DNA from: a virus
Lineage: Duplodnaviria > Caudoviricetes
DNA length: 27,378 nt
Virus record (IMG/VR): IMGVR_UViG_3300030708_000420
Span: 1 to 27,378 of that record
Strand: one strand, 5' to 3'
Shown here in pieces: positions 8,023-17,432 of this stretch (position 1 is its first letter; each line of letters opens with the position of its first letter). The position numbers and the translations under genes were made by a program. Under the pieces are notes generated by a model that saw nothing but the letters and a program-made list of their open reading frames with translations, did no database searches and was not told the origin of the DNA.

Positions 8023-10251
8023 TTATTTTTTAGTATCTGGAGTGTTTCCAAAAAAATCTCGTATACCAACCCAGCGTTCTAACCAATCGTTTATATCGGT
8101 ATAGCGTTCTTTATGGTTTTTAAAAAATTCTTTGTTCTGTTTCCAAAAAAGTATTAATTTACTTTCATCTACTGTACGTGTATAAGGATCAAAAACATTA
8201 ATCTCAAATGCTTTTTCTATATCATTAACTGCGTCAACAAGAGTTTTTTCAACCTTTTCTGTAGTAGATAATTCTTTAGGAAACTCTTTGTTAAACCTTT
8301 GTCTTAGTTGAAGATCAGTTGCATTATCTCTATCTTCTTTTTCTTTTTTATTTACAGGGTTGACTACATTTTTCATAGTCCATTGACGAATACGTTCAAA
8401 AAAATCGGAGTACTCTTCGTCTGATTTTTTAGGAAACTCAGTCCAATACTTAACAAGTTTTGAGATTTCTTCGTTATACTGTTCTTCACCATCGGGTGAT
8501 CCAAAAGATATCTGACCGTTAGCATCAATACTAAATCCTAATTTATTATCAGGATCTACAGCTTTTGCTATCATACGTCTAATAGAACTAAACTCAGAAC
8601 TATAGAGTCCACCCTTTTCTTTATAGTTTAAAGTATTCTCTGCTTCTTGTTTATAGAAACTAGCATTAGGTAGTTTATCAAAAAGTACTCCTTCTTTCAA
8701 GGCAAATCGTTGAACTTCTCGTAGAGCAATATCAGGATTATCTAAATTGTCTACCCATACTTGATGAAGTTCTGTTATTTGTTCGTTGTTAGGAATACCT
8801 TCAGTATCACCTACGTTCTTTAAAAAAGATTCAATGGTTGAGCTTAATCCTCGATTTCCATCTATTATAGCTCTTTCTACATACTTCTTAATTAATTTAG
8901 GTAACTGTATTTGATATTGATCTTCAGGTATTTGTTTAAGTTCGTTAGACAAGTCAACAAATAGTTTATCTTCTCTTGATAACTTTAATCGTTCTAGTGA
9001 TTTATTCTCAAGATTAAATCTACGAGTTACTGTAGTATATATGCGATTGTTACCTGACTCAATAGCTTTATTAGCATACTCTGTATTACGTCCACGGTCA
9101 AACGAATTTATTAAACCTTGAAGTAACGCAGGTTTTTCATAATCTTCTCCTAACTCTTCTAGTATGTCAATCATACTTTGATTAGCAGTTTTAGGATTTA
9201 TACCATGCAACTGATAGCGTACATCAGGTTCTGAATTAACATACTCATATAACTCATGAGCAATCATTAGAGGACTAGAGTTTAATGCCTGACCAAAATT
9301 ATTTAAGTCAGTTTGTAGATCTTCTTTAGTTACCTCAAAGTCAGCAAACTCGTATTTATCTAAAAAACTACTTGCTTGTTCTTGTATTCGTGTACCGTTA
9401 AACAAAGGATCTTCTAGTATTCTTTTAGAAAAACCTACTAAAGTTCTATGATCTTCAGATCCAATACTTAGTTGTTTAGATTGTGACTGTAGAGCACCAG
9501 CGACTTTACCTAAGTTATCTGTACCAAGAACAGGATCATCATGTACTTCTTTTAGTGAACCTGTAGGATTCTGATAGAAGTAATTGTTCATCCAGTTAAG
9601 AAACTTGTAGTCCTTGAAGTAACCATTGACTTGGCCCTTCATGTCCTGTTGCATATTGAGCACTGCATTGTACTCATAGTCTCTTGCTTGTTTCTCTTGA
9701 TGACGTTGCTGTAGTTGATTAATGATTGCATTCTGTCTAGGCAACAACTCTTCAGCAATAAGATCAGGAGCCATACCGTCAACAAACTTACGATTAAAGT
9801 CTGCTCGATAGTTTTGCATCCAACGAGAAAACGCATCAGGAGAAGGATCGTTATACTCTTTTGACTTACGCCAATCTAACAGTGCGTTCTCACCAAATCT
9901 TCTACTTTCTACTCTTAGTAAACCTCGATCTACTCCTTCTACATAGGCTTCACTTTCTTCACCATTAAGAACACCAGTAACGACACCATCACGTAGTTTC
10001 TTTAAAGTTTCGTCACTTGCTTTAGATACTCTAAATATACCTTTGTTTATTTCTTCTTCTCTGTACTCTTTATGAAGTTTAGCAGAGAGTGGTACACCAG
10101 CTTCTACTAGATTATCTATAGCTTTAGAAAACTGTTCTGATTGACTTGTGATAATACCACGTTCTGGACTACCTCCTGTAAAAGCTCTTGGAACAGCAGT
10201 ACGTATAACATCTTGTCGTGATAAGTTTCGTATTCGTGGAATCTCTGCCAT
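8023..10251 (-). CDS. Internal virion (ejection) protein, gp15-like
   Basis: 742 aa, helical and charged. Size and position between the gp14-like and gp16-like genes match T7 gp15. Assignment is mainly by synteny. Confidence 0.65.
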   Translation of the reverse strand: MAEIPRIRNLSRQDVIRTAVPRAFTGGSPERGIITSQSEQFSKAIDNLVEAGVPLSAKLHKEYREEEINKGIFRVSKASDETLKKLRDGVVTGVLNGEESEAYVEGVDRGLLRVESRRFGENALLDWRKSKEYNDPSPDAFSRWMQNYRADFNRKFVDGMAPDLIAEELLPRQNAIINQLQQRHQEKQARDYEYNAVLNMQQDMKGQVNGYFKDYKFLNWMNNYFYQNPTGSLKEVHDDPVLGTDNLGKVAGALQSQSKQLSIGSEDHRTLVGFSKRILEDPLFNGTRIQEQASSFLDKYEFADFEVTKEDLQTDLNNFGQALNSSPLMIAHELYEYVNSEPDVRYQLHGINPKTANQSMIDILEELGEDYEKPALLQGLINSFDRGRNTEYANKAIESGNNRIYTTVTRRFNLENKSLERLKLSREDKLFVDLSNELKQIPEDQYQIQLPKLIKKYVERAIIDGNRGLSSTIESFLKNVGDTEGIPNNEQITELHQVWVDNLDNPDIALREVQRFALKEGVLFDKLPNASFYKQEAENTLNYKEKGGLYSSEFSSIRRMIAKAVDPDNKLGFSIDANGQISFGSPDGEEQYNEEISKLVKYWTEFPKKSDEEYSDFFERIRQWTMKNVVNPVNKKEKEDRDNATDLQLRQRFNKEFPKELSTTEKVEKTLVDAVNDIEKAFEINVFDPYTRTVDESKLILFWKQNKEFFKNHKERYTDINDWLERWVGIRDFFGNTPDTKK

Positions 10252-10252
10252 A

Positions 10253-10894
10253 TTAGCCTAATACGTTATAACCTTGATAATATTGATCACCTGTATTTGA
10301 TACTGGTGGACCTTTTGATGCTAAAGTTGTACTTTGTTTAGGCTTCCACCCTGCTGATTTAGCTGTAGCATAACCTTTAGCACTAGCGGCTCCTATATTA
10401 ATTAACTGAGAGGTTATACTTGGTCCCTCCGCTTTAGCCATAGACTCAATACCTATCTGAGCTTGTGTTTGTGCATCTTTAGCTTCAAACCCAAGATTAG
10501 TTAGAGTGTTCTGTAAATTTCTAGTAGTTGTACCAAATGTACTTTCTAAACGTGAAAGATTAGTCAACCCTTGTCTATTAACACCCAACATAAGACTACC
10601 TAGTTCTCCTGTGCCTTCACCAGTTAAAGTCTCTATCTGACCTCTAGCTTCAATTAGTTGTTTCTTTTGGTCTAACTTAGCATCAGCATACTTTTCTGCT
10701 TCTACATTTGCGGCTTCACCTACACGTTTTCTTTGTTCAGCTATACGTAAAATCTGATCTTGATAAACTTTTTCTCTAAGTTCAGCATTACGTTTATACA
10801 TTTCATTTTGTTTTTCAGCCTGTTCATTTTGAGCTTGAGCAGACATATACGCTTGAGCTATGAAGACTGCGGCATAAGCGGCTGGGTGGCACAT
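10253..10894 (-). CDS. Internal virion protein B, gp14-like
   Basis: 213 aa. MCHP start, hydrophobic Ala-rich N-terminus, then Gln/Ala-rich coiled coil. Syntenic with T7 gp14. Confidence 0.75.
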   Translation of the reverse strand: MCHPAAYAAVFIAQAYMSAQAQNEQAEKQNEMYKRNAELREKVYQDQILRIAEQRKRVGEAANVEAEKYADAKLDQKKQLIEARGQIETLTGEGTGELGSLMLGVNRQGLTNLSRLESTFGTTTRNLQNTLTNLGFEAKDAQTQAQIGIESMAKAEGPSITSQLINIGAASAKGYATAKSAGWKPKQSTTLASKGPPVSNTGDQYYQGYNVLG

Positions 10895-11355
10895 ATTTTT
10901 ACAAATTCATAAAAAGGTTTTTTACCTACACCATAATCAGGTATAAGTCTTATAAAGTGAAATCCTAAGAATTTTAACCATTTAATAGAAGGTCTGTTAC
11001 CAATGTGTACGTAGTTATAAAGTAAATAATAATCTTGTGATATACTATTTACCCACTTCTTAGACTCTCGTATAAAAGTTCTCTGTATGTCAAATATAGA
11101 GTCTGACGCTAATAACCAAGGAATACCCCTCTGTTTGTCTTCAGGATCGACACCAACGCCAAACATACCAATAACAGTATCTTTGTATATAATACTATTA
11201 CATTCCTGTCTCGACAGTTCTAGTGCTGTTAATAAGGCTTTTTCATTTGACAGTCCTACAGAGTAACTTACTTCTAAACTATCTTGGTGTCGAAGGTTAG
11301 GAGCAAGTATAAAACAATCTTCTTCTTTACTGGGCCGATAATACGGCTTTGTCAT
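10858..11355 (-). CDS. Internal virion protein A / gp13-like GNAT-fold protein (DUF2833-like)
   Basis: 165 aa with LAPNLRHQDSLEV, IGMFGV, GIPWLLAS, LYNYVHIGNRPSIKWLKFLGFHF. The N-x-V-x-x-x-N-x-x-(S/A)-x-x-WL-x-x-LGF motif is the GNAT C-terminal motif of gp13-like proteins. It follows gp12. Confidence 0.8.
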   Translation of the reverse strand: MTKPYYRPSKEEDCFILAPNLRHQDSLEVSYSVGLSNEKALLTALELSRQECNSIIYKDTVIGMFGVGVDPEDKQRGIPWLLASDSIFDIQRTFIRESKKWVNSISQDYYLLYNYVHIGNRPSIKWLKFLGFHFIRLIPDYGVGKKPFYEFVKICATQPLMPQSS

Positions 11356-14288
11356 ACTCGATTAGATCTTAGTATCATATATCCTTCCCATTCTGCTGAT
11401 TGAAATACGCAAGGAAGATGCGTGTCATTTTCTAGTTCTATTTTGACTTGACTAGATCTTGCTAGTACTGGTACTTTAAATGTACCTTCTTGTAATGCTT
11501 GTTCACCTATAGTAGTAACTCCAACTGTTGAACCAGAGAATACTTTAGTTCTTGGTGCTCGGCCTTTGGTATCAGTAGAGCTAGACTGTATAGGTTTTGG
11601 TGATACTTTTACTTTAAAGAAACCTGTTTTGTTAAAGTTAAGGTTTATATTACGTAGTTGTAATCTTGCAGTATTAGCAGGTGAATCGTTTACCTTCATT
11701 ACCTGTTCAGATACTTCGTATTTAAAGGTGTAAGGAATACCAGCAAATACACGCATAGTGCTATCAGGACCACCTTTAATTGCTTGCCAACGTGCTGTAC
11801 CATTTTGTAATATCTGTGATAAGAGTGTAGAACTTAGGTCAGTACCAAGTACTTCTCCTGTTTCTGCAACATAGGTAATACCACTTGCAGGAGGATTATT
11901 TGGAAACGCATCTGCTATAGATCCGTATAGTGGTAACAAAGAGTCAGCATCTGCTGTACTACCTGCTCCTGACCCGTGTTTTAAAAGTATTCTACGATCT
12001 AGTAACATAGGTTGTCCATTACGCATTACTAAGGATGCAGGGTCAGTAGAGAGGTCTATACGTTCTAAACTTATATTGTCACTACGGTTTATCAAAGCAT
12101 ACAGTTGTGAGCCTAGAAATGTGGTTGCCACTACATTACCATCAGACTTCCATACTGACCATGAGCTTTGTACTTTTTGACGATCTTGCCAGTAATACCT
12201 ATAGACGTATATATTTTTTCGTTCTTTATTTGACAATGCGACAATCATCTCTTCGTTAGAAGATGATGCCATTTGTCGTATTTTACCAGGAATGTACTGA
12301 GGTACATGAGCAGTAACTTCAATAGCATCGTTTTGCTCTGAGTTCTCTACAACAAAGTATTCTCGTAATCCTGAGAATTCTCCACGTTTAAATGGAAAGA
12401 ATATATATTTACCTGCTGGTACTGGTTTAGCATCAGTAGATGTTTCAAACTGAGTAGATACGTCAATAGTTACTGACTTGGCACTAAGAGTTTCTCTAGC
12501 ACCTACAGTAAACTGTTGCAAGTCACTAAATAAAATTAACTGTTCTTGAAAAGGAATAGCGTGTTGTAATATAGAAACTTGGTTATTACTTACAGCTACA
12601 TCAATAGGATTACTATCAGAATCAGCTATGACTGTACTTTTAAAAAAGTTATTATAATCTCCAGCTTGAGAAAATATTACGTTTTCATCACTGATAAACC
12701 CTAGTCTATTACGGTGAAAGAATACATCACGTATTGTGTATGCACCGCTTGAATATACATTGGGATCATATATAGCAAAAGATGGAAACGGGTTTGTATT
12801 ATCATCTCCTGCTTTACGTTCTGAATAAGTTGCTGTGGTAAAATCAAAGTATACTAGATCGTTACTAGTAGCACTTAATCCATAATAACTACCACTAGTA
12901 TAGAAGTTACGTACCAACTGATGTGGCATTGTGGTAGCATCTAGTTTGTTTCTACGGTCATCATGATCGTCATTAGGAAACGTAGGTTGTGGTATTTCTT
13001 TCCATACACCATCTTGATAATTTACATAGTAATCATCTTGATTTTCATTTTTGTTTCCTTGTATTGTAGCAGTAACATTTTCTCCTGTAAAAGTAGATAC
13101 TTCATTGTATGACTCTGGGATACTAGGAGGCAATGCGGCAAAACTTCTACTACCTTCATGAGCAGCTATAGCACTAATAAATGCACCCCCTTGTCCATCA
13201 TCTACCTCTATACTAAAAGGTTGTGTAGTATTGTATATATGGATAACTGAAGTTGTACCTTTTTTGCCAGGTTCTACTACAGGACTTGCAGTATTACCTA
13301 TATTTAATCTATCTTCTGTTTCATAGCGAACTACAAAATTATTTGTTCCATGCAATGCTTGTAAACCTACATTACCATCAGTTCCAATCTGTGCGTTAGT
13401 ATCAAAGTTTATAACTTGATTTTTAGTAGTACCTTTATTTACTACCTCTGCATTTGCTGGTTGAAATTCTGCTACTGCTGGATCAGGACTTGTATTAACT
13501 TTAGGAATACCTTCAATTAAAGGAGATTCATGAAACAGTGCTTGTGCTACATTAATAGCATGAGTAGTTGCTTGATTATTAAGTTGAGCACTTACTGTAG
13601 GTGAATCATCAGCGTGTCTACCACTAGCTTGTCTTACAGTACCATCAGGTAATTCATAAGATGCTCTAAAAATACGATTATAATCTGTACTTGTTGTACT
13701 GCTATCATGATAATACACATTAACAGAGAACTTCATACCATAGTCAGCACCTTTAACATAGATCATAGCTTCATATGGTCTAGTTAAAGTAGTACTACTA
13801 CTGTTTACCTTAATAGGGTACTGTTTGTTTGCTATGTATGTAAAGTCTGCAATAGTAGTAGCCGCAATATCAGTACTAGCAAAGGTTAATCCTGCAAGTA
13901 CTCCTGAGTCAAAGTTAAGATAATCTACATTACCAGCAGAAAGTAAATCAGTATTTGCTATACCATTACCATTATACACATTTACTTCAGTACCTATTGC
14001 TCCTGTACCAAAACCTGTAAGATCAAAGACTCTTAACGAATTATCTTTGATAACTAAAAGATACGCTTCGTTTTCATCTCTTCGCATAACGTGCACAAAG
14101 GCATCATCCATTCCAGTAATAGTACCTATATCTTTTATATGGTGAAAACCTGGACGTTTTTCTAGCCCTTTAATAACAGACGATAACCCATTTTCTTGTA
14201 CTTCACCTTGACTTTCTAATCTCAGTGATGGAGGTTGTTGAGACACTCCGTTTACAAAATTAGGAATGGTACGAGAGATTAAACTCAT
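11352..14288 (-). CDS. Tail tubular protein B (nozzle), T7 gp12-like
   Basis: N-terminus MSLISRTIPNFVNGVSQQPPSLR...GLEKRPG, plus FFHRNRLGF, EVTAHVPQYIP, VQSSWSVW and a terminal SAEWEG. Follows gp11. Confidence 0.93.
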   Translation of the reverse strand: MSLISRTIPNFVNGVSQQPPSLRLESQGEVQENGLSSVIKGLEKRPGFHHIKDIGTITGMDDAFVHVMRRDENEAYLLVIKDNSLRVFDLTGFGTGAIGTEVNVYNGNGIANTDLLSAGNVDYLNFDSGVLAGLTFASTDIAATTIADFTYIANKQYPIKVNSSSTTLTRPYEAMIYVKGADYGMKFSVNVYYHDSSTTSTDYNRIFRASYELPDGTVRQASGRHADDSPTVSAQLNNQATTHAINVAQALFHESPLIEGIPKVNTSPDPAVAEFQPANAEVVNKGTTKNQVINFDTNAQIGTDGNVGLQALHGTNNFVVRYETEDRLNIGNTASPVVEPGKKGTTSVIHIYNTTQPFSIEVDDGQGGAFISAIAAHEGSRSFAALPPSIPESYNEVSTFTGENVTATIQGNKNENQDDYYVNYQDGVWKEIPQPTFPNDDHDDRRNKLDATTMPHQLVRNFYTSGSYYGLSATSNDLVYFDFTTATYSERKAGDDNTNPFPSFAIYDPNVYSSGAYTIRDVFFHRNRLGFISDENVIFSQAGDYNNFFKSTVIADSDSNPIDVAVSNNQVSILQHAIPFQEQLILFSDLQQFTVGARETLSAKSVTIDVSTQFETSTDAKPVPAGKYIFFPFKRGEFSGLREYFVVENSEQNDAIEVTAHVPQYIPGKIRQMASSSNEEMIVALSNKERKNIYVYRYYWQDRQKVQSSWSVWKSDGNVVATTFLGSQLYALINRSDNISLERIDLSTDPASLVMRNGQPMLLDRRILLKHGSGAGSTADADSLLPLYGSIADAFPNNPPASGITYVAETGEVLGTDLSSTLLSQILQNGTARWQAIKGGPDSTMRVFAGIPYTFKYEVSEQVMKVNDSPANTARLQLRNINLNFNKTGFFKVKVSPKPIQSSSTDTKGRAPRTKVFSGSTVGVTTIGEQALQEGTFKVPVLARSSQVKIELENDTHLPCVFQSAEWEGYMILRSNRV

Positions 14289-14926
14289 ATCTTGTATGTA
14301 AGTGTAGAGTCTTCAGGATTTACAGTTGTGGAATGAATAGAACGATCCACGACACGGAAAGTGTCATAATTATCAAATATACTATAGTCTGCGGATTCAG
14401 CATTGTAATCCATGAGTTCTGATAAAGCCTGTGCTTCATCTTGTTGTTGGAATCCGTGAAGTTCAGATGAGCTTAAAACTCTATCTTGAAATATCCTAGC
14501 AGATCGTAATGCAATATATCTTCTTGCAGGTTCTGGCAGATCTTCAAAGTCAAGTTGTATGATAAGATCTAGTTTAATACCAGTAGTTTTTTTACTAAGG
14601 TTAAACGTATTGTTTTTACGATCATACAGTTTACGTCCACGTTCTACTATATCTTCTTCTGAACTACGAACTAACTTAGTAGTATCTACTCGTAGTATGT
14701 TTGCAGGAAGATTAACAGTCCCATCACTACCAGGAAACAAAGTGTATTCTAGGTCAGTATTGAATACGAATCCTTTTGACTGTACTTCACGATTTACATT
14801 ATTTATAATACTTTCTGCTAACTCAGCATCTTCAAAACCTGAAGCCAGACTATTTACAGGTGCTTCACCAATACTAGATAACATAGTATTGACTGCTTCT
14901 AAAACAGTAGTGGGACTTGTAGCCAT
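14285..14926 (-). CDS. Tail tubular protein A (adaptor), T7 gp11-like
   Basis: LEAVNTMLSSIGEAPVNSL, EVQSKGFVFNT, RGRKLYD, FEDLPEPARRYIALRSARIFQ. Located downstream of the capsid gene. Confidence 0.93.
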   Translation of the reverse strand: MATSPTTVLEAVNTMLSSIGEAPVNSLASGFEDAELAESIINNVNREVQSKGFVFNTDLEYTLFPGSDGTVNLPANILRVDTTKLVRSSEEDIVERGRKLYDRKNNTFNLSKKTTGIKLDLIIQLDFEDLPEPARRYIALRSARIFQDRVLSSSELHGFQQQDEAQALSELMDYNAESADYSIFDNYDTFRVVDRSIHSTTVNPEDSTLTYKI

Positions 14927-14938
14927 TATATATAAGGG

Positions 14939-14979
14939 AAAAAAAAGGGTAAACCAGAGATAGTCTCTAGCTTACCCTT
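14939..14979 (-). terminator. Intrinsic terminator after the major capsid gene (T-phi position)
   Basis: Minus strand reads AAGGGTAAGCTAGAGA-CTA-TCTCTGGTTTACCCTT then a T run: a stem of about 16 bp with two G-U pairs, starting 13 nt after the capsid stop. Confidence 0.88.
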
Positions 14980-14992
14980 AGTTTAAAAAGGA

Positions 14993-16156
14993 TTACCCTG
15001 TACCTTGTAACAACAAGACACAAGCGGCTGGCCTCAATACGTTGTGTCCCATAGCGTATTTCGATACGGTTAGAGTACCTTGTCTAATGATTTGGTACTC
15101 GGACTCAACACTGAGATCCATGAGTTTGACAGTTGCGACTGCATCTTGAGTCATAACCATTCCTACTACACGTAGAGCAAGATCAGAAAGGTTATCAGTT
15201 CCCATACTAGCAGTTGCAACACTATCTGCTGGTACGTCATACTGACCATTTCTTCCTGACTCTCCAGAGAGAGGATCGGCATCAGTAGTAGCCAAAGCTG
15301 TACCAGCACCACCTGCTTGAGTAAACAAGTTGCTAGTCCAAGTAGAACCACTAAAACTACCAAGATGAGGAGTAACTACCAAAGGCATACCCATGATGCT
15401 AGGCACGTTGCCTGTAAGAGGACTTCCAGTTCCTCCAACGTCCCTGTTAAAGATAACAAGATCGTTTAAAGGAGTTGAACCATTTACCTTAAACATATTA
15501 AAGTAAAGGTCAGTAGGAAGAACAACAACAGGATCACCAGGAACAGCTTTGTTCTCTAAGATCCTTTTAGCTTCAATAATAGCTTGAGCTAATTCTTTAG
15601 GATCTTGAACGTCAGCCGCAGGAGAACCTGTAGTTCCACCAATAAATACATTATCAGTAAAATCCTCGTCATCGAAAGCATCGAATTGTTGGATCATACC
15701 TGCGGTTCCTGCAACAGTAGCATTATCACAAAGGCCGGATTTGATAGCAGTTCTCAAGATATTCTGGTCTGCTACCTTGGCAAGAGCATAACCTGCTTCT
15801 TGAGTATAGATAGACCTAATATCATAATGAGTCATAGCTTCATCAATATTGGGGATAAACTGAGCATTGATCAGTAAATCATCAATAGCGACTATTCTTT
15901 CTGCCTGTTTAGTGGTAGAAGGAGTAATCTCATTGCCAGGAGTGTGATAAGATGCGGAACGAAATTTCCCTGTCATAGGAAACTGTGCCGATTTACCTTT
16001 TGAAATTGTACGCACTCGATGAATGGGCATCATCACGTTACGGGTCTGAAACGCTGTAAGTACTTCCCCTGCGTACAACTTGAGAAATAACTCACGAGCA
16101 CTACCAGTAGCGTTAGATTGACCCGATCTGGAAATATTACTATAATTAGTAGCCAT
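14993..16156 (-). CDS. Major capsid protein, T7 gp10-like
   Basis: LFLKLYAGEVLTAF, RTISKGKSAQFP, IAIDDLL, YDIRSIYTQEAGYALA and KYAMGHNVLRP are all T7-type capsid motifs. Confidence 0.95.
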   Translation of the reverse strand: MATNYSNISRSGQSNATGSARELFLKLYAGEVLTAFQTRNVMMPIHRVRTISKGKSAQFPMTGKFRSASYHTPGNEITPSTTKQAERIVAIDDLLINAQFIPNIDEAMTHYDIRSIYTQEAGYALAKVADQNILRTAIKSGLCDNATVAGTAGMIQQFDAFDDEDFTDNVFIGGTTGSPAADVQDPKELAQAIIEAKRILENKAVPGDPVVVLPTDLYFNMFKVNGSTPLNDLVIFNRDVGGTGSPLTGNVPSIMGMPLVVTPHLGSFSGSTWTSNLFTQAGGAGTALATTDADPLSGESGRNGQYDVPADSVATASMGTDNLSDLALRVVGMVMTQDAVATVKLMDLSVESEYQIIRQGTLTVSKYAMGHNVLRPAACVLLLQGTG

Positions 16157-16163
16157 ATTTATT

Positions 16164-16167
16164 ACCT
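16164..16167 (-). promoter_or_regulatory. Probable Shine-Dalgarno site of the major capsid gene
   Basis: Minus strand TAGGTAATAAATATG: AGGT lies 7 nt upstream of the ATG. Confidence 0.5.
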
Positions 16168-16200
16168 ATAAAATGTAAAGTTAGAATAAAGATCGGATTC

Positions 16201-16256
16201 CGTGAAACACTCTAGTTGTAAGTTTCGTTCAGTGTTATCCTTCGCAAAGGGCAGAG
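16201..16256 (-). promoter_or_regulatory. Structured leader upstream of the capsid gene (candidate cis-regulatory RNA)
   Basis: Minus strand GC-CCTT-TGCG-AAGG-ATAAC hairpin (16234..16252), followed by a GAAAC...GTTTC stem (16204..16226), within the longest intergenic gap of the window (117 nt). Confidence 0.45.
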
Positions 16257-16273
16257 ACTAATTCTTAAAACTA

Positions 16274-17062
16274 TTATATAACATCAGAATTATACAGCAA
16301 CTGTTCGACTTGTCTACGATACGCAGGATCTTCTGCATAACGAGGGTCTTTCATTGCTTCGGTTACTTGGTTCAATGATTGAAACCCTTCAACTGAAGGA
16401 GAACCACCATCTCCAGAATAAAGGGCAGGGTCGCCATTAGCAAGGTTATACTGAGCTTGCAACCCTCTAACAGCCAGCATAACTTGGTTTATATTAGGTG
16501 AGTCTACAGAATCATTGAAAGCATCAATCTCATCTTGACTCCAATTATCAGATGCCCAGTTTACTAATTCATTGTAGTTTTCTGTACCACCTACTGAATC
16601 GTGCACTGTCATCTCTAGTTGTGCTCCTACAGCTTGCTGACCTGCAAGCCAGGAATCTACAAGTGATGGAGGTATACCTGCATTTGCTAATGCTTCATAC
16701 GCATCATCACTAAGTTCACCATTTTCTAAATACTCTGATTGAAAAGCATCAAAGTCTAAATCTCTACTTGCTAAGAACTCAGTGATCTCTGTAGGATCTT
16801 CTTCTAGTTCTACAGGACCATCATCATCAACAGCACTATCTTCTTCTTCAAGATGTTCACCAGAACCTAGACGTTGTTCTAGTTGTCGATATGCTTCAGC
16901 AAGATCTTCGGGGGTATCAAACTTAGAAGGTAACCATTCTGGTTTGTCAGAAACTTCAGGATGTTCTGCGGCTTCTGCTACATCCAACATTTCTTCTAAG
17001 TGTTCTGTAGTTCCTGCCGTAGGAACTTCTTCTCCAGTACTAATATTTACACTATCTACCAT
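16274..17062 (-). CDS. Capsid assembly scaffolding protein, T7 gp9-like
   Basis: Very acidic, 262 aa. KPEWLPSKF..PEDLAEAYRQLEQRLG, VGGTENYNELVNWA and AMKDPRYAEDPAYRRQVEQ are gp9 motifs. Directly upstream of the capsid gene. Confidence 0.92.
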   Translation of the reverse strand: MVDSVNISTGEEVPTAGTTEHLEEMLDVAEAAEHPEVSDKPEWLPSKFDTPEDLAEAYRQLEQRLGSGEHLEEEDSAVDDDGPVELEEDPTEITEFLASRDLDFDAFQSEYLENGELSDDAYEALANAGIPPSLVDSWLAGQQAVGAQLEMTVHDSVGGTENYNELVNWASDNWSQDEIDAFNDSVDSPNINQVMLAVRGLQAQYNLANGDPALYSGDGGSPSVEGFQSLNQVTEAMKDPRYAEDPAYRRQVEQLLYNSDVI

Positions 17063-17063
17063 A

Positions 17064-17432
17064 TTAATTATTTAGTTTAAAGGTCATACCCATGAAATCA
17101 AAAGTTTTCCGTCCTTCTGACTTAGCTTGTTCTTTAGCGTTCATATACTCTTCACGCTTTCTACGTCCCATCTCAGCTAAAGCAAGTGCTCCACCTACTA
17201 CACCACTACGTTTATACGCTTTAGCTTTACCTCGTTTCTCTCCTACCTGACTAGCACGTTTTATTGCACGTTTTTTAGTAACTTTTTCTCTAGCCTTTTT
17301 AGTAACTCCCATATCTTTAAGGATCTTACCAGCGGCTTCTTTTGCAGTTTTAGAAGGCTTACGTTTGGTTTTCTTTTTAGGAGTATCTTCGACCTCTAGT
17401 GTGTCACCTCGTGCTGATGTTACTGTTGCCAT
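17064..17432 (-). CDS. Hypothetical Lys/Arg-rich protein (paralogous C-terminal motif with 17432..18013)
   Basis: 122 aa, fits exactly between neighbours with TAATG and TAATATG junctions, and is highly basic. Confidence 0.75.
   Translation of the reverse strand: MATVTSARGDTLEVEDTPKKKTKRKPSKTAKEAAGKILKDMGVTKKAREKVTKKRAIKRASQVGEKRGKAKAYKRSGVVGGALALAEMGRRKREEYMNAKEQAKSEGRKTFDFMGMTFKLNN

Noticed and set aside
11500-11525. ACTATAGG resembling the 3' part of a T7 promoter upstream of gp13 (also at about 1565)
   Set aside because: Only 8 nt match, both sites are inside coding sequence, and I found no repeated ~23-bp consensus in intergenic regions. Phage RNAP promoters could not be identified.
14924-14935. 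TATAAT (-10-like) before gp11
   Set aside because: It overlaps the start codon itself, has no -35 element, and sits in an AT-rich terminator tail.
14940-15010. T7 gp10B-like frameshift extension of the capsid protein
   Set aside because: Both alternative frames stop within about 10 codons, and a terminator follows immediately.
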